Assembly (NCBI GenBank): GCA_048884785.1
Contig: JBHLQM010000015.1
Span: 1-49,440 of the forward strand
DNA from: Candidatus Thorarchaeota archaeon
Lineage (GTDB): Archaea; Asgardarchaeota; Thorarchaeia; Thorarchaeales; Thorarchaeaceae
DNA: 49,440 nt
Direction: 5' to 3'
A model generated the notes under the pieces. That model did no database searches, had not been told where the DNA came from, and worked only from the letters and a program-made list of their open reading frames with translations. Shown here piece after piece: positions 1 through 9,932 of this stretch (positions are counted from its first letter, which is position 1; every line of letters starts with the position of its first letter). The translations under genes were made by a program, and so were the position numbers.

Positions 1-16
1 CGATAATAGCAGTTCC

Positions 17-52
17 AAAAAAAGGGGAGAAACACCCGCTCTGGGCGGGTGT
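17..52 (-). terminator. Putative terminator of the 63..2885 gene
   Basis: Stem ACACCCGC/GCGGGTGT (32-52) just past the stop, followed on the minus strand by TCTCCCC and a T7 run (17-23). Confidence 0.6.
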
Positions 53-62
53 ATCAACTAGA

Positions 63-2885
63 TTATTTCTTCTTCTTGGACTTTGTCGCTTTCTCAGCAG
101 CCTTTCCACGTCTACTACACACAATCGCTCCTATAATCAATACCAGAGCAATTGCAGCTCCAATAATAATCAAGGTTGTCGTATCTATTGGAAATCCAGG
201 GACAACCGTGACCATCACAGTGTCACTTGCAGAATTACCAGATTCATCGAAAACCACAATGGTGAGGTTATATACACCTGGTTCGAGACCAGTGATTCCA
301 CTAATCACAAGGGAACCTGATGTCCATGAGTCTGTTTCTTGTTCTGTTCCGTTGAGGTACAAGATGAATGTACCAGGATACAGATCCGTTACAGTCCAAG
401 TCACTTGGATAACTCCTGAAGCAGTGAAGTCCGCAGGACTGTTGATGATAGGTGGTGTAGTGTCCACGACTTCAACGATGACGGTATCTGATTCCGAAAT
501 ACCGAACTCATCAGTTACAGTGAGAGTGACAAAATGCACTCCTGGATCTAACCCATCTGCATCGTAGCTGATTCCAGAACCATCCCAGACATTTGAGCCT
601 TGAGGCGTTCCATTTAGATCCACTTCATACGATCCGGTTGTGGTTGTGTAGCTTTTTGGATTCCAAGTTATGTCATGCCCAGTTGAGCCGGCTTCAAATC
701 CAATATCTGCAGGGTGATCAAGGAAGGGTCTTAGCATGAATGTAATTTCATTCATCCATATCTCAAACGAATCGATATAGGTCGTATCATCATAGTCCGA
801 ATGATAGGCATCGAGTAGCGGTCCATTTACAAGGGCCCTTCCGTTCAAACCTAGGAGAATACTTACATTTGTTTCGCTTTGGCTTGACGAGAATCCTGCA
901 AGTGCCGTTGCGTTATCATACACAGTCAGATTGGTAGCTGTTGTGCCCCATCCAAAGTCTACCGTATCATTGATGGGTCCTGAACCTAGATCCACTGGAA
1001 TATTGAAGATGGGCGCTGACGGATCCCAGAAGTAGGTCTCTGGCACTGGAGAGAAGGTGTTGCCAGAATCAAATCCAATGTAGCTCCATAGCTCAGATCC
1101 GGCCACCGCAGCATATCTCCATGTATCCATGATCAGCCTCGTATCAGGATGAGCAACTAAATAGTCCAATATCTCAGGAAATGCGGCTTCGTAGGCGTAA
1201 TTGATGTTATCGAAAATCAGCAGGTCCCATTCTCCTAGATGAAGGCTCATGTTGAAGTATGTATAACTTATCGTCATCATATAGTCTATGCCCAAATTAT
1301 GTAGAGCAGTTGCGACTTGCCCTCTGTATGCATTGCTGTGGAATGCTACACCTGCACTATCAAACATGACCAGAGCTTTTGCAGTAGATGCAGTCAACCA
1401 ATTTGCCGAGTTCAAGGCGAATTGCTCATTTGCAGCCATAGGCAGCCGGAGATTATCAAACATGTTCATCTCTCCTGAGAGCACTACCCGTCCCGCACCA
1501 TAGTTCTGTGCTGCCACTCCGATGTTTGTACCATTCTTCCAGACAGCGACTGATTCACCTGTCATGTTGATGTAGTTTCTATAACTCACAGCCAAGTAGG
1601 TACAGCCTTCAAGAGTTGGATGGGGTCCAGAAGGATAAAGATTGTAGTCATCTAAGATGTTTTTGTCACTTAATTGCATATCAAAGCCATCTAGCAGGAA
1701 GTTCAGGAAAAGGTGCCCTTGTCCTCCTCCTCCTAGGCCACTTCGATCACCGAGCAATAATGCACTTCCTCCATTGGCAATCCACTCATTGAATACTACT
1801 CTCTCCGCATCTGTATAGTTCAAATCTGGCCAGTCAAGGATAATCATATCATAATCCGAAAGTCGCTCTATTGTGAAGTTACCTCCAGCGGAAGGATAGA
1901 ATTTATCGAATGTGTAACTGTGATTAACAAGTAGTGATCTCAACTGTGTGAAGCTATTCTCCGAATTGTAGACAGTAGCGTAAAGATCATCCCAAGGATC
2001 AACACAGAGCCTTGGTTGGTGTGAAAGATCATATGCAATCCTTGCCTTTGGTCTTGGGGTAATCCAATCTATTGAATCTGCAATGATTGAATCGAACTCT
2101 GAAGGCATATGTGTTCCATTACCATAGATTAGAACCTGTCTGCCTCCTACCACATCATTATCAATTGCTAGAACAATTCCATTATCACTGCCCTCATTGA
2201 CCACAGTTGTTACTGGATTGTTAACGTTCGTCTCCAGCCCATCCTGATTATACAAGAGTACTGGCTCGGTGGAATGAGAAATTGTATCATTAATGTGGAA
2301 CTGAGTGGCAACAGGATGCCTCGCTGAAACATTGAAATCATCTGCGGAAAAGTAGGTCCAAATTGGATTCCCTGAAATGCCCAATTGGCCAAAATCGCCA
2401 TCATAGAATGGACCTAGGTGACCAAAATACGACATATACCCAGCTACTAAACCAAAACCAAGAATTCCACCTCCACCTAGCCAGAAATCCTTGACGTAGT
2501 AGGTGATGTTCTCTCTTGGAATGTTGTTAACCATGACAAAAACATCGTAATTGATTGTTAGAAGTTCATGATTCAGAATATCTGCAAACGTAATTGTGTC
2601 AACCTCATGGCCTGCAGCTGTTAGAATACTAACAACCCCCGAGATTTCGTTTGTAGCTATTCCTCCGGTAGCATAGCTTGGTAATGTTGTATTATCTTCA
2701 TCATAAACAGCCACCTTGATTGTCCTATCAACGAATTGCGAATCAAGGTATTGTCCCATTGGTTGCTGTCCCGCTAATTCTGGCGTGCTTACATATTGGA
2801 TGCGTGTCCCATTGAAATAGGTTGGAACCATAGCAATACCAGATAGAAACAGCACTACTAGTAAAAGTGATAAGATGCGTTTCAT
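63..2885 (-). CDS. Secreted, C-terminally anchored surface protein with tandem flavodoxin/class-I-GAT-like (DUF4350/GldG-IFT52-like) domains and two Ig-like domains
   Basis: Signal peptide MKRILSLLLVVLFL; domain RIAYDLSHQ...LSDYDMIILDWP...WIANGGSALLLGD; Ig-like repeats (VDTTPPII, GVYNLTIVVFDESGN); TM helix with Lys-rich tail; SD GAGGTGG. Confidence 0.75.
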   Translation of the reverse strand: MKRILSLLLVVLFLSGIAMVPTYFNGTRIQYVSTPELAGQQPMGQYLDSQFVDRTIKVAVYDEDNTTLPSYATGGIATNEISGVVSILTAAGHEVDTITFADILNHELLTINYDVFVMVNNIPRENITYYVKDFWLGGGGILGFGLVAGYMSYFGHLGPFYDGDFGQLGISGNPIWTYFSADDFNVSARHPVATQFHINDTISHSTEPVLLYNQDGLETNVNNPVTTVVNEGSDNGIVLAIDNDVVGGRQVLIYGNGTHMPSEFDSIIADSIDWITPRPKARIAYDLSHQPRLCVDPWDDLYATVYNSENSFTQLRSLLVNHSYTFDKFYPSAGGNFTIERLSDYDMIILDWPDLNYTDAERVVFNEWIANGGSALLLGDRSGLGGGGQGHLFLNFLLDGFDMQLSDKNILDDYNLYPSGPHPTLEGCTYLAVSYRNYINMTGESVAVWKNGTNIGVAAQNYGAGRVVLSGEMNMFDNLRLPMAANEQFALNSANWLTASTAKALVMFDSAGVAFHSNAYRGQVATALHNLGIDYMMTISYTYFNMSLHLGEWDLLIFDNINYAYEAAFPEILDYLVAHPDTRLIMDTWRYAAVAGSELWSYIGFDSGNTFSPVPETYFWDPSAPIFNIPVDLGSGPINDTVDFGWGTTATNLTVYDNATALAGFSSSQSETNVSILLGLNGRALVNGPLLDAYHSDYDDTTYIDSFEIWMNEITFMLRPFLDHPADIGFEAGSTGHDITWNPKSYTTTTGSYEVDLNGTPQGSNVWDGSGISYDADGLDPGVHFVTLTVTDEFGISESDTVIVEVVDTTPPIINSPADFTASGVIQVTWTVTDLYPGTFILYLNGTEQETDSWTSGSLVISGITGLEPGVYNLTIVVFDESGNSASDTVMVTVVPGFPIDTTTLIIIGAAIALVLIIGAIVCSRRGKAAEKATKSKKKK

Positions 2886-3088
2886 ATCTCCACCTCAATT
2901 CTAAAATTGGGTATCTTAAAGGAAAAGCTTTAGCTAATAAAGTTCACTCGCATAATGAAAGAATCTCATTTTGAATGCATGCTGCAGGTCCTACCAGCAA
3001 AAGAAAAAGAGTGGAGAATCAGATTCCTGTATTATATATCACAGCCTATTGTTCAATCTAGTGACTATGGTTAACACAATCAGCACTG

Positions 3089-3682
3089 CTACCTTAATTT
3101 TGTGATTAGTTTCGACCAAAGCATTTCTCCAATTTGCCTATATCCATCAATGCTCAAATGGAGGCCATCCCCCGAATCAAACTGCGGCACCAAGATGCCT
3201 TGAGAGTCTGACAAATGTGAAAAAACATCAGCAATCAAAACCAAAGGAAACCGAGACCCTTCGCTTAGTATTCTACTATTTAGCTTGGACTGGATGTATT
3301 GATGATGAGGAATTCTGGACCCAATTGGCGGAATCGTACAGGCAATCGTTTTAATCCCTAGTGTTGTGCTTTCTGACCAGAGATCTGCTAGAGCTTCATA
3401 TATTGTATCAGGTTCATATCCCCACCCCAAGTCATTCGATCCTGCCATTATTACCACGATATCATATGATTCTCTTGATAGAATTCTCCTAAGCCGGGGT
3501 TTCATCATCGTAGCAAGCTCCCCTGGAACTCCTTGATTATGAAACTGGATTGCTGTAACTCCTTCTCTTCTCGCCGACTCCAAAATCCAAAACCCATATT
3601 GTGACCGTACGTCCCCACCATATCCTGGCTCATACCCCGGAGTACCAGCAGTGAGACTATCACCGAATCCAAGAATTCTCAT
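3089..3682 (-). CDS. SGNH/GDSL-family hydrolase
   Basis: Blocks FGDSLTAG, NQGVPG, GSND, DGLHL. Start moved to the ATG at 3682 (MRILGFGDS), which follows an AGGTG SD. Confidence 0.9.
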   Translation of the reverse strand: MRILGFGDSLTAGTPGYEPGYGGDVRSQYGFWILESARREGVTAIQFHNQGVPGELATMMKPRLRRILSRESYDIVVIMAGSNDLGWGYEPDTIYEALADLWSESTTLGIKTIACTIPPIGSRIPHHQYIQSKLNSRILSEGSRFPLVLIADVFSHLSDSQGILVPQFDSGDGLHLSIDGYRQIGEMLWSKLITKLR

Positions 3683-3693
3683 AGCCGGCACAC

Positions 3694-3864
3694 CTAGTAA
3701 TAGGAAGTTTTCTCTTCCGAACGCCATTCGTATCTGCAATCGTTGCAAACGAATTCGTCCCATCTATCTGCGTAGCCACCACCAGTATATTCGCTTATTG
3801 ATTCTCTCTCTACTGAGGAGCTTCCACATTTTGGGCATCTAGGAGGATATTCGTCGCCTGACAA
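3694..3864 (-). CDS. Small zinc-ribbon protein (56 aa), absent from the ORF track
   Basis: Hand translation from TTG: MSGDEYPPRCPKCGSSSVERESISEYTGGGYADRWDEFVCNDCRYEWRSEEKTSYY*. Two CxxC motifs, GAGTGGTG SD, stop 11 nt before the SGNH start. Confidence 0.8.
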   Translation of the reverse strand: MSGDEYPPRCPKCGSSSVERESISEYTGGGYADRWDEFVCNDCRYEWRSEEKTSYY

Positions 3865-3990
3865 TAGACACCACTCTATTCGGATATGTTGCTTGTAGTA
3901 TTAAATTGTGCTAGATGAGGATTCCAAATGATTCTTATCTTACGCTAGTGCAAATAATACCGGATTCGCAATCGTTTAGGAGGAAAAAAT

Positions 3991-6366
3991 ATGCATGCAA
4001 GAAAGGCTTTGCCGGTTGCTATGTTATTTCTGATGTCGTTTCTTCTAATGGGAAATCTGATCAATACCTCAACTGATGGGATTTCATTAAAGCTTGATTC
4101 GAAACCCACAAAGGTTTCATCAGTATCATATGAAGAGAGAGGTCCACTCATCATAAACAATGACTCTCACTTTCTTGACCTGGTTAGTACTTATTCATGG
4201 TCTGGCTCAGGAGAAGTTGGTACTCCTTATGTAATTGAAGGGTACAATATCACTTCGGATGGAAGCTGTCTTGTAATTGGAAATGTATCTTGGTATTTCG
4301 AGGTTCGTGATTGCTATTTCGACTCAATCTCAACTACTCCTTACCAGAGCTATGGGATTTTCTTCCAAAATGTGACTCATGGCACTATTGTTGATTCCTT
4401 TGTCACAAACAAGAATCAAGGTATCTGGTTTAATGCAAGCCCCTATAATGTGGTCCAGAATTGCACCATCTGGGAATGCTCAGCTAACGGAATTGATATC
4501 GGCTACAGCAACTACACAATCGTGGATGAGAGCACGATAGCCGACTGTGGTTCAAGCATGATGGTTTACAGGAGCAACTTCACCCAAGTGATGAGAAACG
4601 ATATTTATGGCGGAATGGGGGGTGTTTCAGTCTGGTATTGCCGAAATTTCACGATTTCAGAAAATTTCATTTACGAGAGTATAATTGGAATTTCCGATAG
4701 TGGCATCCGTTTCTATGAAACGGACAATTCATCAATTATTGCTAATGAGATTTTCGGAAATACCATGAATGGTATCTATATCGACCTAGGTCAGCACAAC
4801 TACATATTCGACAATCATATCTACAATAACAGTAATCATGGCATAGACGTGATGAGCTCCGGAAATATCACTATCATACAGAACAACGTTCATGAAAACG
4901 GTTGGTGGGCAACAGCTCCGAACATGCTCTGTGGCGTCTATCTTGGGTCATCTGGAGATATCCTCGTTGAGGGGAATCAGATATGGAATAATACACTCTC
5001 AGGCATATCGATGTCTTCTACCACATTTTCAACCATTGTCGGAAATGAGATTTTCAACAATACAGACAATGGAGTCGCTGGAATAAATGCAGATAATATT
5101 ACAGTAATTGATAATCAAATCTCTGGCAATGGGTGGGATTATGAAGGGTCAGTAATAGGCATTAGTGGCGGAATCTTCACTGGTTGGGCCATCGATGGTT
5201 GGAACATCGAAAGCAATCATATTTGGAATAACACAAATCATGGTATCTCGTTTGTGGGTCCCTCTACCTGCAATGCTACAGGGAATCGTATCTGGGATAG
5301 CAATATGACTGGCATCTACCTCAGCGAGTGCAGTAGAATCCTGGTTGAAGGGAATACGGTCTATGATAACATTATGGGAATTGAACTGACGGAAGCCGCC
5401 AGTACTAGCAACGTGACAAGTAATATTCTCTATGACAATGATTATGGAGTCTACATCGAGTTGGCGCATGAGTCCTTCATATACAGCAACGATATTGGTT
5501 GGAACACCGTAAATGGATTCGAGGCGGAAGGTAGCTACAACTACTGGCATGACAATGAGAGTCTAGGGAACTGGTGGCACGATTATTCTGGGACTGGAAA
5601 TTACAGCATTGCCAATGCAACAGGTGTCAGCAACTATGATATCTATCCACAAAAGAACATGTGGTTAGACTCTGCCACGTCAATCGCATTTGAGATTAGC
5701 TCAACTGGTAATACGCTAGAGTTTGATGCATTTGCTTTGAATCCACAATCATATAGTGTCTATAGAAACGGAACTCTATTTGATAGCAATGATAACTGGG
5801 ATGGTGGTCCAATTTCACTAAATGTGGATGGTATCCCTGCTGGGGTTAATGAATTTCTGCTTAGTGTCTACCATGTATCGATGCATGCGGTAAGTGTTTA
5901 CTCATATGCTGATGTCACTGATTTGACTTCACCACAATGGATCATCCACCCCTTTGACCAAACCATTAATGCAGGTGAGGCTTTATCTGCGCAGTTTAAT
6001 GCCACAGATGTTTCTGGTATTGACTCATGGTGGGTGAATGATACTGTGAACTTCAAGATTGATAGCACAGGACTACTCACAAACAACACCAATTTAGCGG
6101 TCGGCGACTATGGTTTACGGGTTCATGTCAATGATACATTCGGCAATATCGCAGATTACGAGATAAAAGTTAGAGTTCTCTATGTAGAGCCAACTACGAC
6201 GCCTACAACGACAACTACACCAACTACCACGCCAACAGCAACAACTACTCCAACAGGACCCATAGAGCCATTTGATCCTGGCCTAATGATTATTGTTTCA
6301 GCCATTGTAGGAGGAGGAGTAGTCGTTCTGGTGCTGGTTCTTATAGTTCGTAGACGTACACCATAA
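3991..6366 (+). CDS. Surface protein with parallel beta-helix (NosD/CASH-like) repeats, Ig-like domains, Thr/Pro linker and C-terminal TM anchor
   Basis: Signal peptide; GSGEVGTPYVIEGYNI; many N.I..N..GI repeats; GNWWHDY; PTTTPTTTTTP linker; TM plus RRR; SD AGGAGG. Confidence 0.85.
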   Translation: MHARKALPVAMLFLMSFLLMGNLINTSTDGISLKLDSKPTKVSSVSYEERGPLIINNDSHFLDLVSTYSWSGSGEVGTPYVIEGYNITSDGSCLVIGNVSWYFEVRDCYFDSISTTPYQSYGIFFQNVTHGTIVDSFVTNKNQGIWFNASPYNVVQNCTIWECSANGIDIGYSNYTIVDESTIADCGSSMMVYRSNFTQVMRNDIYGGMGGVSVWYCRNFTISENFIYESIIGISDSGIRFYETDNSSIIANEIFGNTMNGIYIDLGQHNYIFDNHIYNNSNHGIDVMSSGNITIIQNNVHENGWWATAPNMLCGVYLGSSGDILVEGNQIWNNTLSGISMSSTTFSTIVGNEIFNNTDNGVAGINADNITVIDNQISGNGWDYEGSVIGISGGIFTGWAIDGWNIESNHIWNNTNHGISFVGPSTCNATGNRIWDSNMTGIYLSECSRILVEGNTVYDNIMGIELTEAASTSNVTSNILYDNDYGVYIELAHESFIYSNDIGWNTVNGFEAEGSYNYWHDNESLGNWWHDYSGTGNYSIANATGVSNYDIYPQKNMWLDSATSIAFEISSTGNTLEFDAFALNPQSYSVYRNGTLFDSNDNWDGGPISLNVDGIPAGVNEFLLSVYHVSMHAVSVYSYADVTDLTSPQWIIHPFDQTINAGEALSAQFNATDVSGIDSWWVNDTVNFKIDSTGLLTNNTNLAVGDYGLRVHVNDTFGNIADYEIKVRVLYVEPTTTPTTTTTPTTTPTATTTPTGPIEPFDPGLMIIVSAIVGGGVVVLVLVLIVRRRTP

Positions 6367-6376
6367 TGGTGGGAAG

Positions 6377-6406
6377 AGGAGATAAAACTCCTCATTCCTA
6401 TTTTTC
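6377..6406 (+). terminator. Putative terminator
   Basis: GAGGAG/CTCCTC stem followed by a T-rich tract immediately after the stop at 6366. Confidence 0.45.
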
Positions 6407-6740
6407 AAATGGGGTGTCCCTGACTGTCTTGTCAAAGCATTCCAATCTTCTTCCCAAACCCAATCATTTCACATCATGGATAGATATAATCCGATGAAGA
6501 AGAATACTAGGACCAAAAGGAAGAAGAGAGTTGTAAACACTGATACCTTTTTCATGATAGAGGTTTGAATCGAGCATTAATAGAGAAGGTTTTCTGAGGA
6601 AGCAATGCAAGGTACAGAAATGAGACTTTCCTTGCAGTTGCTTTCTCCGAGGCAAGTTGGGCTTTCTACAATACCAAGGATTGGCGACTAAATGGAAGTG
6701 AGGAGTTATAGCCCCTCACATCCTTCTATTTCACCGCACC

Positions 6741-7943
6741 CTAGAAGAACGTAGGTTGTACCTCACTCACGCCCTTTGGTGGTTCCATTTCTCTGGTTTC
6801 TTGAACAGAAAGAACCTCAACAAGATTGTATTTCTTTGAGCCCATGCCAAGTCCTTCCGCATAATCAGTTACTAGATATGGGTTCTTCATTGGTCCGTGC
6901 AGTCTCGCAAATGGGTGTAGGTCAGCAGCTGGATCAAGGTTAACATGCCTGAAGTATGGCGGAATCATACTTTCAATGAGGCCCTCCTTGGCGATAAGAT
7001 CCAGAGTTGCCATTTCAATCGCCACAATATCTCGACTGCCTAGAATCCCAATATCATTTACAACAGGAGGCTGGCCAATACCCCAGCAATCACACAATGC
7101 AGTGATGTCAATGGCGATGTTAAGGAAGAATACTTTATCATTGTCAAAGGTTTTGAGGACTTCATTTGCTCCTCTTGCCATCAGCTCCTGAAAGAGTGCA
7201 TAATTCTCTTGTTTCAAATCTAGGCATCCTACATCCTTGTCTGCCTCCATGCACTCAAAGCATTGGTCACACATGCCAAATGCCACGCTTAGAGAATGTT
7301 TTTCCTCGTCATACCTGATATGCCCTTCCGGGCATGCCTGTACAAGCTTCCTTGCATGCTCCGGAGTACATTTCTCAGGATCCCAGAACGGAATGCTCGC
7401 TTCAATACCATGTATCTTTCTCCAACGAGAAGGACCATGATAGCCTCCCAATGCAATGTTCTTGATTGCACCGCCATATCCACAAGAATTGTGACCCTTA
7501 GTATGAGATAGGTCAATCAAAACGTCGGCATCACGAAGAACTCCTGCAAGTTCTAATGTTTCGACATTATGAAAATTAAACTCAGTCTTTTGGGTATAGC
7601 CATCTTTCACTCCTGCAATTGGGATGATAGGACATCCACAGGTTTCTGATGTATACCCTCGCTCAGCAGCATTATAAACTGCTGTTGGATTATCTGTGAC
7701 AAAAGGGAATCCTCCAGCCTTTTTTACTGCTTGTGCGACTCTTCTTACAAAAAAGACTGGAACAGTCTGGTATCCATCCCTAAAGCCAAGATGCATCTTG
7801 ATAGCGACCTTGTCTTTTGGCTTGATTGTGGAGAAATCAAGAAGCTCAAGAATCCGCTCAAATTTCGCAGCAATTGAGGCAAATTCGCCAGGATTTCCGT
7901 GCTTAATTGATCCAAAGTAGACCTTTGATATTTCGGGACTCAT
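6741..7943 (-). CDS. DUF362-domain Fe-S protein
   Basis: KVAIKMHLG, SHTKGH, GGAIKN, LCDC, DIGILGSRDIVAIE; ferredoxin-like insert (ACPEG, CDQCFEC). Confidence 0.85.
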   Translation of the reverse strand: MSPEISKVYFGSIKHGNPGEFASIAAKFERILELLDFSTIKPKDKVAIKMHLGFRDGYQTVPVFFVRRVAQAVKKAGGFPFVTDNPTAVYNAAERGYTSETCGCPIIPIAGVKDGYTQKTEFNFHNVETLELAGVLRDADVLIDLSHTKGHNSCGYGGAIKNIALGGYHGPSRWRKIHGIEASIPFWDPEKCTPEHARKLVQACPEGHIRYDEEKHSLSVAFGMCDQCFECMEADKDVGCLDLKQENYALFQELMARGANEVLKTFDNDKVFFLNIAIDITALCDCWGIGQPPVVNDIGILGSRDIVAIEMATLDLIAKEGLIESMIPPYFRHVNLDPAADLHPFARLHGPMKNPYLVTDYAEGLGMGSKKYNLVEVLSVQETREMEPPKGVSEVQPTFF

Positions 7944-8047
7944 AGTCCTAACATCAGATAGGTTTGAATAAAACAGTTCCTTTTCTCGTGATTATATGAT
8001 ATAGATTAAATGGATGTTGGCTTCCACAATGAAAAGAAGGTGAATAC

Positions 8048-9226
8048 ATGGTTAATGCACCGGAATCTCCGAATTCGGGGGATGAGAAAAGAGACCCCAC
8101 TCTAGTCTTCGGAACTGCAAGCTTTATGAATGACATGAGTTCTGATATGATAGCTCCAATATGGCCGACCTTCTTGTACAGTTACCTTGGTCTGTCTTTC
8201 TTAATGGTTGGTTTCATAGATGGTCTTGCCTTGACAATAACATCTCTCTCCAAGCTCGGTGCGGGGTATGAATCCGATCGAACAGGCAAGAGAAAGCGAT
8301 ACATAACAGCCGGGTATTTTCTGTCCATGATTTCTCGAATTGGATTTGCATTATCGAGTGGATTCATCACTATTACAATAGCAAAATCACTGGACCGGCT
8401 TGGTAAAATGCGTGGCCCTCCACGTGATGCCATGGTTGCTGCTCATGTATCCGAGGAACGGCGAGGTAGGGCATTTGGGATTCTGAGGGCAATGGATAGT
8501 GGTGGAGCACTTGTTGGCTCTATAATTACGTTTTTTCTCTTCGCAATGTTAGGATATATTGGAATAATATTGCTTGCAACGATTCCAGCTGCAATATCTG
8601 TCATAGTGATTGTTCTCTTCATTAAGGAAGGCCGCGGTAAGGATGTTTTCAAAGGTGTTAGCTTTTCAGGACTGAACAAGAATCTCAAGCTGTTCTTCTT
8701 AGCATCAGTCCTATTTGCCTTGGCAACATTCAGTTATTCCTTCTTGATTCTGTTCTCGAGCCCATATTATTCTCTGTACATGCTTCCCTTGCTATACATT
8801 CTCTTTACACTCTCAGATGCAGCGAGTGCCTATCCATTTGGTCGTGCATCCGACAGATATGGCCGCAAACCAATACTGGTTCTTGGGTTCCTCTTCCTCG
8901 CACTTTCTGCTGGGTGGGCGCATCTTGCTACTGATTGGTTGAGTGTTCTTCCTATGTTTATTCTATTCGGGCTTTCAGCAGGAGCGTTGACTCCTGTACA
9001 AACAACTCTGGTTGCGGATCTTGTGGAGGAAGAGAGACGCGCAAGCTTAATTGGAGCGTTTCAAATGGTGGTTGGCATTGCTGCTTTACCCGCCGGAATG
9101 ATCATTGGCTATTTATGGGAGAGTTTTGGGTCTCTAGTCGCATTTGATTTCTCACTTATGCTGGCGCTTATCGCTGTCGGTTTCATGATGCTTATTCGGA
9201 TTCCAAAGCCGCAAAATAGGGAATAG
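8048..9226 (+). CDS. MFS transporter
   Basis: About 12 TM helices; motif A twice (GYESDRTGKRK, GRASDRYGRK). Confidence 0.9.
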   Translation: MVNAPESPNSGDEKRDPTLVFGTASFMNDMSSDMIAPIWPTFLYSYLGLSFLMVGFIDGLALTITSLSKLGAGYESDRTGKRKRYITAGYFLSMISRIGFALSSGFITITIAKSLDRLGKMRGPPRDAMVAAHVSEERRGRAFGILRAMDSGGALVGSIITFFLFAMLGYIGIILLATIPAAISVIVIVLFIKEGRGKDVFKGVSFSGLNKNLKLFFLASVLFALATFSYSFLILFSSPYYSLYMLPLLYILFTLSDAASAYPFGRASDRYGRKPILVLGFLFLALSAGWAHLATDWLSVLPMFILFGLSAGALTPVQTTLVADLVEEERRASLIGAFQMVVGIAALPAGMIIGYLWESFGSLVAFDFSLMLALIAVGFMMLIRIPKPQNRE

Positions 9227-9229
9227 AAC

Positions 9230-9790
9230 CTACATCATTTGTTGACCTGCAGCTCTTCTGATAAGATTTCCAAGACCGAATCCGGAGAGCATATACAGGG
9301 GGAAGTATGTGAGACCGAAACCTGTTCCCGGCAAATCCACGCCTATCATTCCTTCCAGCCATGGAAAGACTTTGGTGACGTTGAAGGGTAATATTGCGAC
9401 AGGATTATTCCCGTATATTGCAGCAAGCACTGAAAAAATCAGGATAAATGGAATATAGAAAATCAGCATCGGCTTACAGCGAGATGACATCATATTGCTC
9501 TGTAAACGCATTATTCTAGATTGGCTATCCATAACCTCTTGAAGGAGCTGAGGGTCCCCTGTCTTCCTCGCTTCATTGAATTTCGCCTGCCACGCCTTCA
9601 CTTCCTCCATGTCTTCCTTCATTTTTTCAGGATCTGTCAGCTTGTTTGTTAACACTATTGAAACAAGTGCAAGCAATACACTCACAACGAGAATGAAAGG
9701 CGCTGAGTAAGGCATTTTTGAAACAGGTTCAAAGAATGCTGCCAGATAATTGATGAAGTCACTGATAAAATCCTGCATGGACTGTTCCAC
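9230..9790 (-). CDS. EMC3/TMCO1/DUF106 (Oxa1 superfamily) membrane insertase
   Basis: TM1, then a coiled coil (TDPEKMKEDMEEVKAWQAKFNEARK...Q), then KPMLIFYIP TM2 and a C-terminal TM3. Confidence 0.8.
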   Translation of the reverse strand: MEQSMQDFISDFINYLAAFFEPVSKMPYSAPFILVVSVLLALVSIVLTNKLTDPEKMKEDMEEVKAWQAKFNEARKTGDPQLLQEVMDSQSRIMRLQSNMMSSRCKPMLIFYIPFILIFSVLAAIYGNNPVAILPFNVTKVFPWLEGMIGVDLPGTGFGLTYFPLYMLSGFGLGNLIRRAAGQQMM

Positions 9791-9932
9791 CGATGTGCCG
9801 AAAATGTATGATTCATTTTAAGGCTTGTCTATTCTACATTTAATCATCATATTTCGAATAATTTTTACATGTGTGCAATACATATTTTGTGGCATACCAA
9901 TTGCCTATTTTGCTAAAAGCGGTGTTATAGCT

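Noticed and set aside
63-110. C-terminal KKKK as a COPI dilysine retrieval signal
   Set aside because: The positive-inside rule explains it, and the other anchored proteins here lack a KKxx end.
6190-6255. Low-complexity ACA/ACT repeat
   Set aside because: It encodes the Thr/Pro linker of the surface protein and is not an independent DNA repeat.
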